Assembly: GCA_918797485.1 (NCBI GenBank)
Contig: CAKKNE010000001.1
Coordinates: 496,001 to 560,000, forward strand
Origin: Pelagomonas calceolata
Taxonomy: Eukaryota
Length of the DNA: 64,000 nucleotides
Direction: 5' to 3'
The notes under the pieces are model-generated. The model was given only the letters and a program-made list of their open reading frames with translations, had not been told where the DNA came from and searched no databases. Made by a program: the position numbers and the translations under genes. This document shows, one piece after another, positions 22,832 to 33,569 of the stretch. Positions within the stretch are counted from its first letter, which is position 1, and every line of letters begins with the position of its first letter.

Positions 22832-23277
22832 CTAGAACGTGCCGCCGTTGTAGCCCATATTCGATCGCTCGGAGTCAAAGAAATTGATGTAGTAGCGGCC
22901 CTTGGACACGCCCAGCTCGGCCTCGAGGATGTCCGCGACCGCGGCGCTCGTCGCCTTGTTCGTGTCGGGGTCGATCGAGCCGAGGGAACTGAGATACAAA
23001 AACGCGGCCGGGTCAGTCGTTCCGCCGTAGCACCTGCGTGGAAATCAAGTTTCAGGCACCCCACCACGCGACGTACGGTAACTGCGGCAGCTCGATAACC
23101 TAACTAACTGGTTGATTTCCGCACAGCGTAACACATCGCGTCGACCTTCTGAAACGTGACCATGACGTACGACTCCGGCTTGCCGAGGGTCCCCGCCACC
23201 GTCGACGAGAGCTTCTTGCACAGCTCCTCGGCGCCGCTTTTCGGCGTCGCGGCAGACTGGACGGCGAGCGTCGGCAT
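22832..23277 (-). CDS. MIF: Macrophage migration inhibitory factor (MIF)/tautomerase family protein; intron 23034-23134
   Basis: Hand-spliced translation MPTLAVQS...LGKPESYVMV...AMCYGGTTDPAAFLYLSSLGSI...RYYINFFD...MGYNGGTF; catalytic N-terminal Pro; absent from the ORF track. Confidence 0.9.
23034..23126 (+). mobile_element. Introner-type TIR element, copy 4 (antisense to host gene)
   Basis: CTGCGTGGAAATC...GATTTCCGCACAG; TSD CGTAGCAC (23026-23033) and CGTAACAC (23127-23134), 7/8. Confidence 0.9.
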
Positions 23278-23667
23278 GGCTACGAATCTGCCGCGGGCCT
23301 GCTTGTAACCTGTGCGACGCGTGCGTACTTTAAGGGTTGCAAAGGCAATGCTAAGGGCTGCAAAGGCGAGTGCTCTCCCACACGAGTGCTTCGAGTGCTT
23401 CCCACACTGGCTTAACCAGCTGAGGCACCAAAAGCTCTGCCGACGAGCTTCTGGCTGGTTTTAAAGGCGTTGCTCGGCGAGGCCAACGCGGTGACTAGGA
23501 TCAGGTTAAAAAGCATGCGTACGGTGCTTAATAGACTGCACGCTCTGCGCACGCCTCCAAGCTCTGCCAGATTCCTAGTGTCTTACATCGCTAGCCGAGC
23601 CCTCTGTCCACTGTCCTAGCACCGTAACAATTACCTGACTAGTCCTAGCACTTCAACAATTCCGCCA

Positions 23668-24378
23668 TCAAGGAATATCCCTTATGATCCGGTTCCCGGG
23701 CGTCGCCGGCCGGCTGCCGGGCGTGGTCGGCCGGCTCCCGGGCGCCGCCGGCGTCGTCGGCCGGCTCCCGGGCGCCACCGGCGTCGTCGGCCGCGACCCG
23801 GGCGTCAGCGGCCGCTCCCAGTGGTCGCTGCGCCCCCAGTCCCTGTGGAAGGTCCACTCGGCGCCGCGGACCTGGTGCCGCACGGGCTTCTCCGGCAAAT
23901 CCACACCCTGGGCAATCGACTTGAAGTCGACGAGCGAGAACTGCCGCGATGTTCGTGAAGGGTGGTTCATCGGGATGATTCGCGTCTCGACGAGTTTCCG
24001 CGTCGTACTTAAATCCGGCGGCGCCGCGATCACCGCCTTGCTGCATCTACCCACGCCCGCCATCGCCGGGTCGCGCGGCCGGAGCGCCGGCGTCATCAGC
24101 GAATCGAAGACAACCGCGTCGCTCAGCGGGCCCGACGGGTAGACCGTCGCCGTGCTCTTTTCGGACGTGGGCGGCCTCTGTCTACCGTTCGTCATGAAGG
24201 GGTTGTGCGGCGAGGACGTCATGAGCGGCCCGAACTCGCCGCAGCGGCGCTTGTCGATGTCGTACCACTGGGGCCCTTTCTGTTTGAGGTGGTCGATGCC
24301 GATGGTCGAATGGCTCGTGGTCGTCCACAGCGACGCCTCGTCGTCGTGCCCGATCGTGCGCACGGACGCATCGCACAT
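23668..24378 (-). CDS. Hypothetical protein with C-terminal PGSRPTTP repeats
   Basis: ORF with host-like codon bias; tandem coding repeats near 23690-23810. Confidence 0.55.
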   Translation of the reverse strand: MCDASVRTIGHDDEASLWTTTSHSTIGIDHLKQKGPQWYDIDKRRCGEFGPLMTSSPHNPFMTNGRQRPPTSEKSTATVYPSGPLSDAVVFDSLMTPALRPRDPAMAGVGRCSKAVIAAPPDLSTTRKLVETRIIPMNHPSRTSRQFSLVDFKSIAQGVDLPEKPVRHQVRGAEWTFHRDWGRSDHWERPLTPGSRPTTPVAPGSRPTTPAAPGSRPTTPGSRPATPGNRIIRDIP

Positions 24379-24776
24379 AGTACTGGGCACCTCTCTGGAA
24401 GCTTGTGGGGAGCCGCGCTCGTGGGGCAGCCCCTTCCTGCGAACAGGGTGGACAGAAAAGGTCGATGTCTGCTCAAATGCGCGTCGCTTCCAAGCTGCAC
24501 AAGCTCGCGCGGCCAGAGAGAGCCTGGCGCTGCAGCATCTCGCAAATGGCGTCCGGTGAAGCACGCGTCCAGGCACTCGTGGGCGGCCCGATCGGTCTTG
24601 AAGCGCACATAAACGGGACGGACGCGTCGCGGTCGGGCTAGTGGCCATGCCGCTTGTCGGGGCGTTTGCAAGTTAGCCCGGCGGGCTGCCACACATTCAG
24701 GCGGCTGCCCGGCGCGAACCGGTCGTTTGGCAGCACGCAACGCGGTGCAGCGCGGCCGGCGAAACGCGTGCGCACC

Positions 24777-26756
24777 ATGGAGGGCAAGGAAAACCGCACC
24801 CTCAGCCGCGAAGCGAAGGCTGAGGGCCGCGTCGACGCCAAACCACCAAAAAAGCCCGGTGGCTTCTCCTTCGCGAAGCTCGGCCAGAAAAGGCGAGAAA
24901 ACCTGGTCGCGCAGGGCCTCGTGCCGGCGGACGTGCCCGTCGAAACGTTTATTCGGGCGGGCGGCGCCGTCGAAAAAAGAGTCGTGCAGCCGCCGCCGTC
25001 GCCGGAGCCCGCCGCTCTACTAAGGGCGCGCGCGGCCCTCGCCGCGGACGGCTCACAAAATGTGCGGAACGCCGACGTGCGCAAGGAGGCCGCGCGGCAG
25101 CGGTTGCGGCGGACGCAGTCATTAAGAGTGGTGTGTCGTGTTTTGAATGCCTGCGCGACGCGCTTGATGTCAAGGCAGCTCGAACGGGGATTTCGGGGCC
25201 TCTACGTGCTGTTTCTGAATAGACGCGCGGTGTTCACGAGGGCCGCGCTCGACGCGGCACACGCTACTGGAAGGGAGAGCGAAGCTAGAGCCGCGGCCGC
25301 GCGTGACAAGGCGGCCGCGGCGGAGGCCCGCGCGCTGGAAGCGGAGGAGGCCCGGGCCGCGAGTGACCAGAAAGTCGTGGAGGCGGAACAACGGGCCCGA
25401 GCCGCGGAGGAGGCTCGGAAAGGAGCCGACGAGCGCGCGGCCGCGGCCGAAGCGAAAACGAATGTAGCCGAGGCGCGTTTGTTAGAAGCGCTGCGGACGG
25501 CGACGGAGGCGAACGAGCGCTGCGCCGCGGCCGAGCGCCGGGCCGCGGCGGCCGAGGGCCGCGCGCGCGTCGCGCAGCAGCTCGCCGACGCCGCCGAGGC
25601 GAAGCCCTCTGTGTCAGAGACGGCGACGTCGCCGATCCCGGAGGTCCGGGCCTCGCTACGACAATCGCTGGCCGAGCTCCGAGGCGAAGCTTCCTCGGTG
25701 AAAGGTCGGAAGACGCCGCCGTCATCGCGCCGCCCAACTCCCAAGAAGTCGACGCCGAAGAGGCCGTCACCGGCGCCCAAGAAGGCGACGCCAAAAATCG
25801 TGACGGAGGCGCGCGCGCCCGAGGTTGCGCCCGCGGCGCCGCCCGTGGCGCCGCCCACGACTCCCCACGCGCGCCCGCCGCCGGAGCTGCGCGACGACCT
25901 GGCGGCCCAGTACCGGGCGCTCCTCGCGTCGAACGGCTGCCCCGCGCCGGCGCCGCGCGACGCGACCGCCGACGAGCTCTGGGGTTTGTTGGACCAGGAG
26001 CGCCGCCGCGACGGCGGGGCACCGCTGTCGCCGCCGGCGCCGCCCGTTGCGCGGGGGGCGCCGGCCTCGCGGACGCCGCCGACGTCGCCCTACGCCGAAC
26101 AACAAAAATCGCCCTACGACTCGTCGCCGTCGCCGCGCCGCGAGAAGAAGCGATCGCCGCGCCGGCGCCACCGGTCGCGGTCGCCCGAGGATGCCAGTAG
26201 AGAGATCGACGACGTCCTCGCGTCGATCCGCGACGACAAGCGGTTGACGGCGATCCGCGCGGCGTTAGCCGCGGCGAAGCGCGACATCGCCCGGTCGAAC
26301 GAGCAGACGAAAACCGAAACGGCGCTCGATGATCAACAAAGGGAGCTCGAGGACGTGCGAAAGGAGGCCGCGGCCGTCGCCGCGGAGCGAAAAACAAGGG
26401 AAGAGGACCTCGAGAAGCGCGTCGAGCGCGAGTTGAAGCGCGTCGAGCGCGAGCGCGCGCGCCTGAAGCGCCTCAAGAAGCACCAGCAGCGCAACGCGTT
26501 CGGGACGATCGGCTACGAGGACGGGCCTGGGTCTCCCCCTCCGTCCCCTCGACCCGCGCGGCGGGTCCCGCGGCCGCGGTCCGCGTCCCAGAACCGGGCG
26601 CGGTCGAGCGAGCGCGGATCCTTCCACGCCGCGCGGAAGATCTTCTCCGGCGCGTCGGCGCGTGTGGCGCCGGCGCGAGCAAAACGGCCGAAGTCGGCGC
26701 CGCTCGGGGGCCGGCGTGCTGCTTCGGGAGAGGTGCGGCAGCCGCGGTGGAACTAA
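24777..26756 (+). CDS. Hypothetical coiled-coil, low-complexity protein
   Basis: About 660-aa ORF with A/E/R-rich helices and Pro/Ser-rich linkers. Confidence 0.6.
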   Translation: MEGKENRTLSREAKAEGRVDAKPPKKPGGFSFAKLGQKRRENLVAQGLVPADVPVETFIRAGGAVEKRVVQPPPSPEPAALLRARAALAADGSQNVRNADVRKEAARQRLRRTQSLRVVCRVLNACATRLMSRQLERGFRGLYVLFLNRRAVFTRAALDAAHATGRESEARAAAARDKAAAAEARALEAEEARAASDQKVVEAEQRARAAEEARKGADERAAAAEAKTNVAEARLLEALRTATEANERCAAAERRAAAAEGRARVAQQLADAAEAKPSVSETATSPIPEVRASLRQSLAELRGEASSVKGRKTPPSSRRPTPKKSTPKRPSPAPKKATPKIVTEARAPEVAPAAPPVAPPTTPHARPPPELRDDLAAQYRALLASNGCPAPAPRDATADELWGLLDQERRRDGGAPLSPPAPPVARGAPASRTPPTSPYAEQQKSPYDSSPSPRREKKRSPRRRHRSRSPEDASREIDDVLASIRDDKRLTAIRAALAAAKRDIARSNEQTKTETALDDQQRELEDVRKEAAAVAAERKTREEDLEKRVERELKRVERERARLKRLKKHQQRNAFGTIGYEDGPGSPPPSPRPARRVPRPRSASQNRARSSERGSFHAARKIFSGASARVAPARAKRPKSAPLGGRRAASGEVRQPRWN

Positions 26757-26786
26757 GAATAATGATTGATCTAGAAGCACAAACAG

Positions 26787-29700
26787 TTAAATAAGGTCCT
26801 GGAACCCCGTATCTTCTGCCGCGAGGAGGTATGGGCGCCGGCGGACGAGGTCCTGGAGGTAATAGCCCGCGCTCCACGTCGTGCGGAATTCCACGACTCC
26901 GTCGGCGCCAGGAAGCTTCCAATCGCGGACGTAGCGCACTGAGACGCCGTCGCCGAGCATCTCGCAGATACGAGCTTGGACCATGAGGTTCGAGAGTGTT
27001 TGAGCCGCGTTCCTGCCCCCGAGCTCGTACGGAGGTGCTTTGACTTTAGCGAGCGTGTCTTTCGTCGTCGCCGTTTTCTCATCGCGCTCGACTTTCTTTG
27101 CTGCGTTCTTGAGTGTACGAATGTGGGCCTCGAATTTATCCTTTGCAATTTTAACTGTAGTGCCTTTCAGGGGCACCTCGGCATATTCTGCGGCGTAAAA
27201 GCACGCGCCCATCAGTGTACAGCTCTTAATGTACGAGTCGCGGTTGAAGCCAGCTTCGTGGAACCTCATTTTGATCACCTTCTCCCATGCCTCGCAGCCC
27301 TCTTCGACGGTCGTCGCCGCAAGAATCAAGTCCTTGCCCTCGCGGTTGCCACATTGAATAAGATGCGGCGTCGACTGCCGCTTTGTCCCCTTCCCCCATC
27401 TCTGCAGTACGCGCTCGACTTCGTCGACGCGGTGGCGCTTGCCCTCGAATTGGATGTCGTAGGCGTAGCCGTGACAGTACTCTTTCTCGTTGCCGGACCG
27501 CTTCCGAGGCCACCAGCGGTTCTGTCTTCCATCCTCGTAGACGTGCCCGTCCTCGCATCGCCAGCGGCCCACCACCTGCGCCTCGCTGCCTTTGTACTCG
27601 ACAAGGTCGCCGATGTCCGCCGGCGAGATGCATGAGGCCTGGGTAGACCCGGAACCGCCAGAAATAACAGCATCAGGCGGTTCCCACTTCATAAGCTTGT
27701 GCGCATATAGCGTGGCCGTCTCCTCGTACGAAGCCTCGTCAATGGCAGATAGAATTACTACCGCGGCATCATACTTTTTCCGTAATTCGCCAAAAAGGTT
27801 ATGTGCCACCGCTCGGTCGCCGCCTTTCGAAGTTCGATACCATGATCCCGTGCCCACTACTAACGGTGACCGTCGCCATCGCGGTTTCGCATCACCGCTG
27901 CGCTCGATGGAAGCATGCGCCCAGAACCGAAAGACGACCTCGGGCACGATTTCCACGATGGCGTCGTCCGCCTTTACGAGAGCAGCGCCGAGGTCCTCGT
28001 GGTCGTCCCAGCGCACTCGCACAAACTTGGCGTCCGCGCTCCCCGCAACGCTCATAGCAGTGCCCTTAGCGCCAGGCAGAACGATAGCTTCCGGTGCGGA
28101 TACATCACCGACAGGGACTGCGGAACCATCAGCATCTCGTGCGTAGCGAATCGCCGCCTTCGCCCTGACGCGGTCTCCCACCTTGATGTCCTTTGCAGGT
28201 ACTGCCTTATTCTTCAGCTCCGCAGCACGCTCGAGCCTTTCCCTTGCGAGGTCCGGACTATACGGCTCCCTGTTTACAAATACGACTGCAGTACCCTTGC
28301 CTCTATCACACGCCTTTGCATCATCACTATCCCACGACTCCACCGTGTAGAGGCCCTCGGCGCGTTCGTGCTTGACGGCGCTGAACCCCTGGAGCTTCCA
28401 GAGATTTTCTGGGGACCCGTCCGGTTTGGTCGAGCCGCTCACGACGAGGCGCGGCGTCAGCGTCTCCCCGACAAAATCCACGAAGGATGAAGTGTCCCGG
28501 TCGTGACACAAATCCTTCACGGCGACCTTACCGTCCTTGAACTTCGCCAGATCTTTTACCTTGACCGCGGTTGTTTCCGGCACAAACTCGTAGGCTATGG
28601 CTTTCGCCTCGCCAGTACCCACGTCAAAAATAATGCACCGGTCCTCGTCGAGCGTCGCCTCCATCTCGGGCTTGGCTTTTTTTGTCTTGGGAACGCGCGG
28701 CCTGTGACTCACCTCTGGGTTCGTGTAACCTTCGAGGCTCTGCGACGCTAGGTCCCGGAAGAACGCGACGGCCCGCCTCCGGCGCTCCTCGAGCCTGGGC
28801 GTTTTTTCAGCGTGGGCAGCCCCGCGCCGCCGCACCGCCGCCGCCGGCGAGTAGCAACAGCGCGCGCGCCGCGCGACGTACGACAAAAACGATTGCTTGT
28901 TTAGAGCTCTCTCGTCTCCCAGGCTCTCCGCCACTGCCTTCTCGTAGTCTATCCGGTAGAGCTTGTAGTAGAGCCAGAAAATTCTATTGAAGAGGGCTAG
29001 AACCGTCAGTAGCGCTTTGGAGAGAGTCATGTAGAATGCGACTTGGTCCCAACGTACCGACATCCGGCGCCGCGCCGCGTCGGAGCCGAGCCAGTAACTC
29101 GCATCGTCCTCCTTCCAGTAGGCTGCATTGGTCCCATCAGCGGACTGACGCCAGGCTTCATCTTCGTCCTCTTCAAAGTGCCGGAAGCGCCAATCCCAAG
29201 GGTGTCCATGGAAACCCTTAGTATTTTCGCCGTTGACGCAATACCAACCCACCCTGGCAATGAACAAGCCTTGACCTAGCAGCAGCACCATCCCCCCCAA
29301 CAGGAACCGCTCGACGCTCGTGAGGTACGGCAGCGCCGGTAAGAGCGTCGACATGTACGTCTTGAACGTTACCGCCGCAAGAAAGATCGTCAATGTTATG
29401 GCCGCGCGATCAGCGACGTCACAGGGCTCGACCCAATAGATGATGAGACTCAGCATCTCCATAAAGAAAACCGGCACAATCGCGTTCATCAACGTCGAAT
29501 TGTATTGACGCGACACGAAAAGCAGGACGGCGTACTCCTGCGGCCGCGGCCGCTCCGACCCGGGCTTCGCGATGTCGCGGCCGTCAAGGGCGAAAATAGA
29601 CTCTATGTCCAAATCGTCGACGTGGTCGGCGTCCTCGATTATGGTATGTCTACCAGGACCGTAGTTCGACCGCTTTGGATGCATGAGTTCGAGCTGGAAG

Positions 29701-30302
29701 TACCTCCCGAACAGCTCCGCGCCCTCCGCCACGCAGCGAATCGCCAGCACCTGGTAGTCGAACGGATAGTGCTGCAGCGCGAGCGGCTGCCGGAATTCCA
29801 CAGTCCGTCGTCGACGCAAGCGGAACAGCCGCGCGCGCTTCCCGGTGTCCGAGTCGACGAGCGGCGCGCCGACGTCGTCGCGGCCCACTCTTTCGTCCTC
29901 GTTCGCGTCCGCAGCGAAGAGGTTCTCCCTATCTTTCGCATTGTCAAAAAAGACGCGCAGCACCTTCGGTATGAAGTGGTCGCGCCAGAAGGTTTCGCAG
30001 CCTATCCATTGGTCTTCGGACACCTCCCACTCCAGCGCGAGCTCCACCGTCGCCGAGAAGGTGTTCGAGGTCTCGACGACGTCGAGCAGCGCGTGGACGG
30101 TGACCGCGAGCCGCGCCTTGACCACGTACTGGTAGCCGTCGGGGTGGCTCACGACGCCGATCGAACCACCGACCGGCGGCAGCGCTTCATCGTCTCTATC
30201 ACCGCTCGTGTCGGTGCCCGTGATGCGCCTCAGGCCGCCCTCCGCCGCCTCCTCCTCGTCATCCAATAGGGGCTGCACGCGGCTGGTGGTGGTGCTCATC
30301 AT
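26787..30302 (-). CDS. Cys-less pentameric ligand-gated ion channel fused to a C-terminal ASKHA-fold (GDA1/CD39 or Ppx/GppA-like) domain
   Basis: NTFSATVELALEW, Pro-loop LQHYPFDYQ, four TM helices with DRAAITLT and LPALPYLT; then IIFDVGTG, GTGSWYR, ILSAIDEASYE, GGSGSTQ, TWSAG. Confidence 0.8.
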   Translation of the reverse strand: MMSTTTSRVQPLLDDEEEAAEGGLRRITGTDTSGDRDDEALPPVGGSIGVVSHPDGYQYVVKARLAVTVHALLDVVETSNTFSATVELALEWEVSEDQWIGCETFWRDHFIPKVLRVFFDNAKDRENLFAADANEDERVGRDDVGAPLVDSDTGKRARLFRLRRRRTVEFRQPLALQHYPFDYQVLAIRCVAEGAELFGRYFQLELMHPKRSNYGPGRHTIIEDADHVDDLDIESIFALDGRDIAKPGSERPRPQEYAVLLFVSRQYNSTLMNAIVPVFFMEMLSLIIYWVEPCDVADRAAITLTIFLAAVTFKTYMSTLLPALPYLTSVERFLLGGMVLLLGQGLFIARVGWYCVNGENTKGFHGHPWDWRFRHFEEDEDEAWRQSADGTNAAYWKEDDASYWLGSDAARRRMSVRWDQVAFYMTLSKALLTVLALFNRIFWLYYKLYRIDYEKAVAESLGDERALNKQSFLSYVARRARCCYSPAAAVRRRGAAHAEKTPRLEERRRRAVAFFRDLASQSLEGYTNPEVSHRPRVPKTKKAKPEMEATLDEDRCIIFDVGTGEAKAIAYEFVPETTAVKVKDLAKFKDGKVAVKDLCHDRDTSSFVDFVGETLTPRLVVSGSTKPDGSPENLWKLQGFSAVKHERAEGLYTVESWDSDDAKACDRGKGTAVVFVNREPYSPDLARERLERAAELKNKAVPAKDIKVGDRVRAKAAIRYARDADGSAVPVGDVSAPEAIVLPGAKGTAMSVAGSADAKFVRVRWDDHEDLGAALVKADDAIVEIVPEVVFRFWAHASIERSGDAKPRWRRSPLVVGTGSWYRTSKGGDRAVAHNLFGELRKKYDAAVVILSAIDEASYEETATLYAHKLMKWEPPDAVISGGSGSTQASCISPADIGDLVEYKGSEAQVVGRWRCEDGHVYEDGRQNRWWPRKRSGNEKEYCHGYAYDIQFEGKRHRVDEVERVLQRWGKGTKRQSTPHLIQCGNREGKDLILAATTVEEGCEAWEKVIKMRFHEAGFNRDSYIKSCTLMGACFYAAEYAEVPLKGTTVKIAKDKFEAHIRTLKNAAKKVERDEKTATTKDTLAKVKAPPYELGGRNAAQTLSNLMVQARICEMLGDGVSVRYVRDWKLPGADGVVEFRTTWSAGYYLQDLVRRRPYLLAAEDTGFQDLI

Positions 30303-30549
30303 GTTTGATCGACTGTGGGGCAGCCGTGAGGGCAGCCGTCGTTGCGCCAAGTGACGCTGCGGCAGATTTACTGGCGTGCGAGGCTGCAGCGGCGCCTCGT
30401 TGGCTGATGCCGCCCCCTGATGAGTGCAGCGCCTCGCAATCCAGCGCGGGCGGTCGGGATGTGCGGGGTCGCGAATGCCGGGATACGTGTGGCACTTGCG
30501 GAGACGTATTGGAGAGTTCACGACTTACTCCCCGGCGCATTTGGGATCC

Positions 30550-31395
30550 CTAGTCGAGCAGCGCGTTCCAGCGCACCGGCTCCGCGCCGGCCGCGACGAG
30601 CTTGCGGTTGACGCTGGCGAAGGGCTGGAGCGCGTTGAAATCGTCGCGCGTGAACTGAGCCGGGTATGGCGTCGCGACGACGCAAGCCCGCGACCTTCCC
30701 ACGACGGCGGAAGCGAGTCGGCGAGGGTGGTCGTTGCCCATGAAGATAAAGCCGCACGTGTGTCCACAGACGATCTGGATCGCACGGCTGATGAACGGGC
30801 GCCACGCGTCCTCGCCCCTCTTATGACCTTGTAGCGTGGCGTTCAGGAGGAGCACCCCGGCGCGGGTCGACCAGGCCGTCAGGTCGCAGTGCGACGGCTT
30901 CCGCCCGTGGAAGCCGAGACCGCCGTTAATCGACTCGTCCTTGAGGTGTCCAAAGATCCAGTGCGTCAAAGTCGGCGGCTTCTTGGCGCCGATCGGCGAG
31001 CTGAGCGCGAGGCCGCACGCCTGGTCGCGGTTCTTGTAGGGGCACATACCGACGACGACGCACTTCACTTGCTCCGGTCTGACCAGCTCGAAGGCGTGGA
31101 GGACTTTCTCGTGGACCGGTAAGAACGCGTCGTCCCCGCGGGAGATCGGCTCCGGGAGCAATCGCTTCAGCTCGGCATCTCCCCAGCCGCAGCGGTCGAG
31201 CTGTGCGGCCCAGGCTTGCACGCCCGCCGACCGCTGCGGCTGCGCGGGCGCCGACCTCGGAGCGGGTGCCGGCGCGCGGCGTTTCGTCGCCGGCGCCGGC
31301 GCGCGGCGCGTCGTCGCTGGCGCGGGCTGGAGTCGTGTCGGCGGCGCCACGTCGTCGCCGAACGCGCCGCGGCGCCCTGGGTCAAAGTTTCTCAA
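30550..31395 (-). CDS. Family-1 uracil-DNA glycosylase homolog with altered catalytic motifs; possibly a pseudogene
   Basis: VLHAFEL...VKCVVVGMCPY, ACGLALS, PPTL, GVLLLNATL, PFASVNRKL...PVRW; no ATG upstream of the domain in this frame. Confidence 0.65.
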   Translation of the reverse strand: MRNFDPGRRGAFGDDVAPPTRLQPAPATTRRAPAPATKRRAPAPAPRSAPAQPQRSAGVQAWAAQLDRCGWGDAELKRLLPEPISRGDDAFLPVHEKVLHAFELVRPEQVKCVVVGMCPYKNRDQACGLALSSPIGAKKPPTLTHWIFGHLKDESINGGLGFHGRKPSHCDLTAWSTRAGVLLLNATLQGHKRGEDAWRPFISRAIQIVCGHTCGFIFMGNDHPRRLASAVVGRSRACVVATPYPAQFTRDDFNALQPFASVNRKLVAAGAEPVRWNALLD

Positions 31396-31629
31396 TCGGG
31401 CCTCTTAGACCGCGGTTTCGGCCGGTTCTCGCCACCGATCAGGAGGGCCACTGCTCAAACTAATTGCGCGTGCGCTCGTGCGAGCAACGCGGGTCCTAGG
31501 GCGATCAAAGTATGGCGCAAAGTTTGAAAAACCCGTAAGGCCTGAGCGATGCCGTCGATGTGACAGGAAGACGTTCGGAACTCTTATACGCGGGGAGAGG
31601 AGGGGAAGGGGGTATCCACACGTCCGCGC

Positions 31630-33047
31630 CTACCGCGAGTAGAGCTCGTTCACCGACGACGTGTCCGCGGCGGCCGCCTGCGGCGCCGGCGCGGCCACCG
31701 GCGCCTCGGGCGCCGGGTCGGGCATCTCGTCGACAAATTGTATCTCGTCGACGAACGCGATCTCGTCCGAGACGCCCACGTCCAAATCCCCGACGTCGAC
31801 GGCGAGGAACGCCGGGACGGCGTTGATGCCGGGGCGGATCGGCGCGCGGATAGGTTGCGCGTTCAGGCGCGCATCCACTAAAGCCTCCTCGAGCGTCGCC
31901 GGGATCTTCACGCCCGCGGACTCGTCGTCGATTCCTAACTCTTTTAGTTCAACATCCAACTTCGGCGGGTTCTGCTTGAGGTAGGCCTTGGCCCCGAGCG
32001 AGCCCGCCACGGAGAACACGTTCGACGTCATCCAGTAGAGGCCGAGGCCCGCGGGCACGTTCGCGCTGAAGTAGCCGATCATGAGCGGCAGGTACTTCAA
32101 AACGCGATTCGCGTTCTGCGCGGCCTTGTCGTTCGGGTCCGGCGGCGGCGACAGCACCTTCATCGAGATGCTTTGCGCGACCACCAGCGCGGCGGGCAGT
32201 GCGAGAAAACAAAGCGTGTCATGCCACCCTAACGGCGGCACGCCGTCGACCCAGTTGTCCGTGAGCCACTGGAGGCCGCGGCCGTTGTCGTAGGTCGGGC
32301 CTTCCAGGTTCGGCAGCCAGAGGAAACCCTCGCCGATGCGCTTCTCGAAGGCGAGGTTCAGGATAGATCGATACAAGGCGATAAAAACCGGAATCTGCGC
32401 GATCGCCGGCAGGCAGCCAGCCAAGGGGTTCGTCTCCGTCATCTCATACAACTTAGCTGTAGCCAAGTTCATACTTTGTTGATCTTCCGCGTAGCGCTCC
32501 CTAATTTTATCCATGTAGGGCTTCAGGGCCTTGTTCCGATCCGTCGCCTCGTACGAGATGTAGTTGAGCGGGAAGATGAGCGTCCTTAAAAAGGCCGTGA
32601 ACAAAATGATGGACAGGCCCCAGGAGCCGTTCTCGATTCCGAGATTGTCGTGCAAAACGTCGTGCAAACCGGCGATGAGGCCCTCGACGCCGTTCTGGAT
32701 CGTGCTGCGTGGGGCATCGCGTCGATGGCGTGGCACGTGGCGCCATCGACGCGACGTGGACGTGGCACGCGATGCCAACGCGAACAACGCGAAGAGAATA
32801 AAAGGACGCCGCAAAAGCACCACCACCACCCCGTGTCGTCGACGCAGGTCCGCCCCTGGATGGCGGCCATCTGGAACGTCGAGCCCCAGTCGTGGCCGAC
32901 GTGCGCCGTCATGAGGTCGTGCGCGTGGCTCGGGTCGATGACCATCTTCGTAGCGACCCGGCCGCGCGCGCGCGCCGGTGTTACCGGCAGGGTCGGCCGC
33001 AGCGCGGCGGCGCCGGTGGCCAGCGCCGCTACGGCTATCCTTCCCAT
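31630..33047 (-). CDS. ALB3: Plastid membrane insertase ALB3 (YidC/Oxa1 family); intron 32705-32820
   Basis: SWGLSIILFT, NPLAGCLP, QIPVFIALYRS, FLWLPNLEGP, VPAGLGLYW; splicing gives DDTGWWC-TIQNGVE. Confidence 0.92.
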
Positions 33048-33569
33048 CGTCGCTGCGCTTGGTGTTGGCTCTCTTATGGAGGCTGCTCTTGCTGTGGTTT
33101 TATACCGCGCGGATAGCTACTCCTGCGCAAAGTGTGCGATCCACGCAACAATGCTAAGTGCTCAACTAACCGTCAGCGCTTATCGCGTGGTCGTCGCGTG
33201 CGGCAAAGAGCAGCTCGTCCAAGCACAAAGGTCAAGGCCAGCAAGCCGAGCTGCGACTGAGCGCAGAGAGCGTTCTCCGCCGTCAGGAGCCCCTCGCAGC
33301 GATCGCGACGCGATAGGAAGGAATGCCGGGGCTGCCTGAGTGCAGGTTTTGCACAGGGCAAGGACCAAAGTCGAAGCGGGGTTGCTCCGGCATACGTGCG
33401 CTTCCAAGCCTGCACGGCAGCTTTAGGCTGTTATTTGTCAACCTGCTTGCCGCTGCTATCGCGATTTTTTAAATTGGGAGCTTGCTACTGCAAATCGATC
33501 TGCACAGAGCAGGCTGAGTCCGCTAGCTACGCGTGCAGGGCTCCGGAACGCGGCGTACAAGTCTCCATC

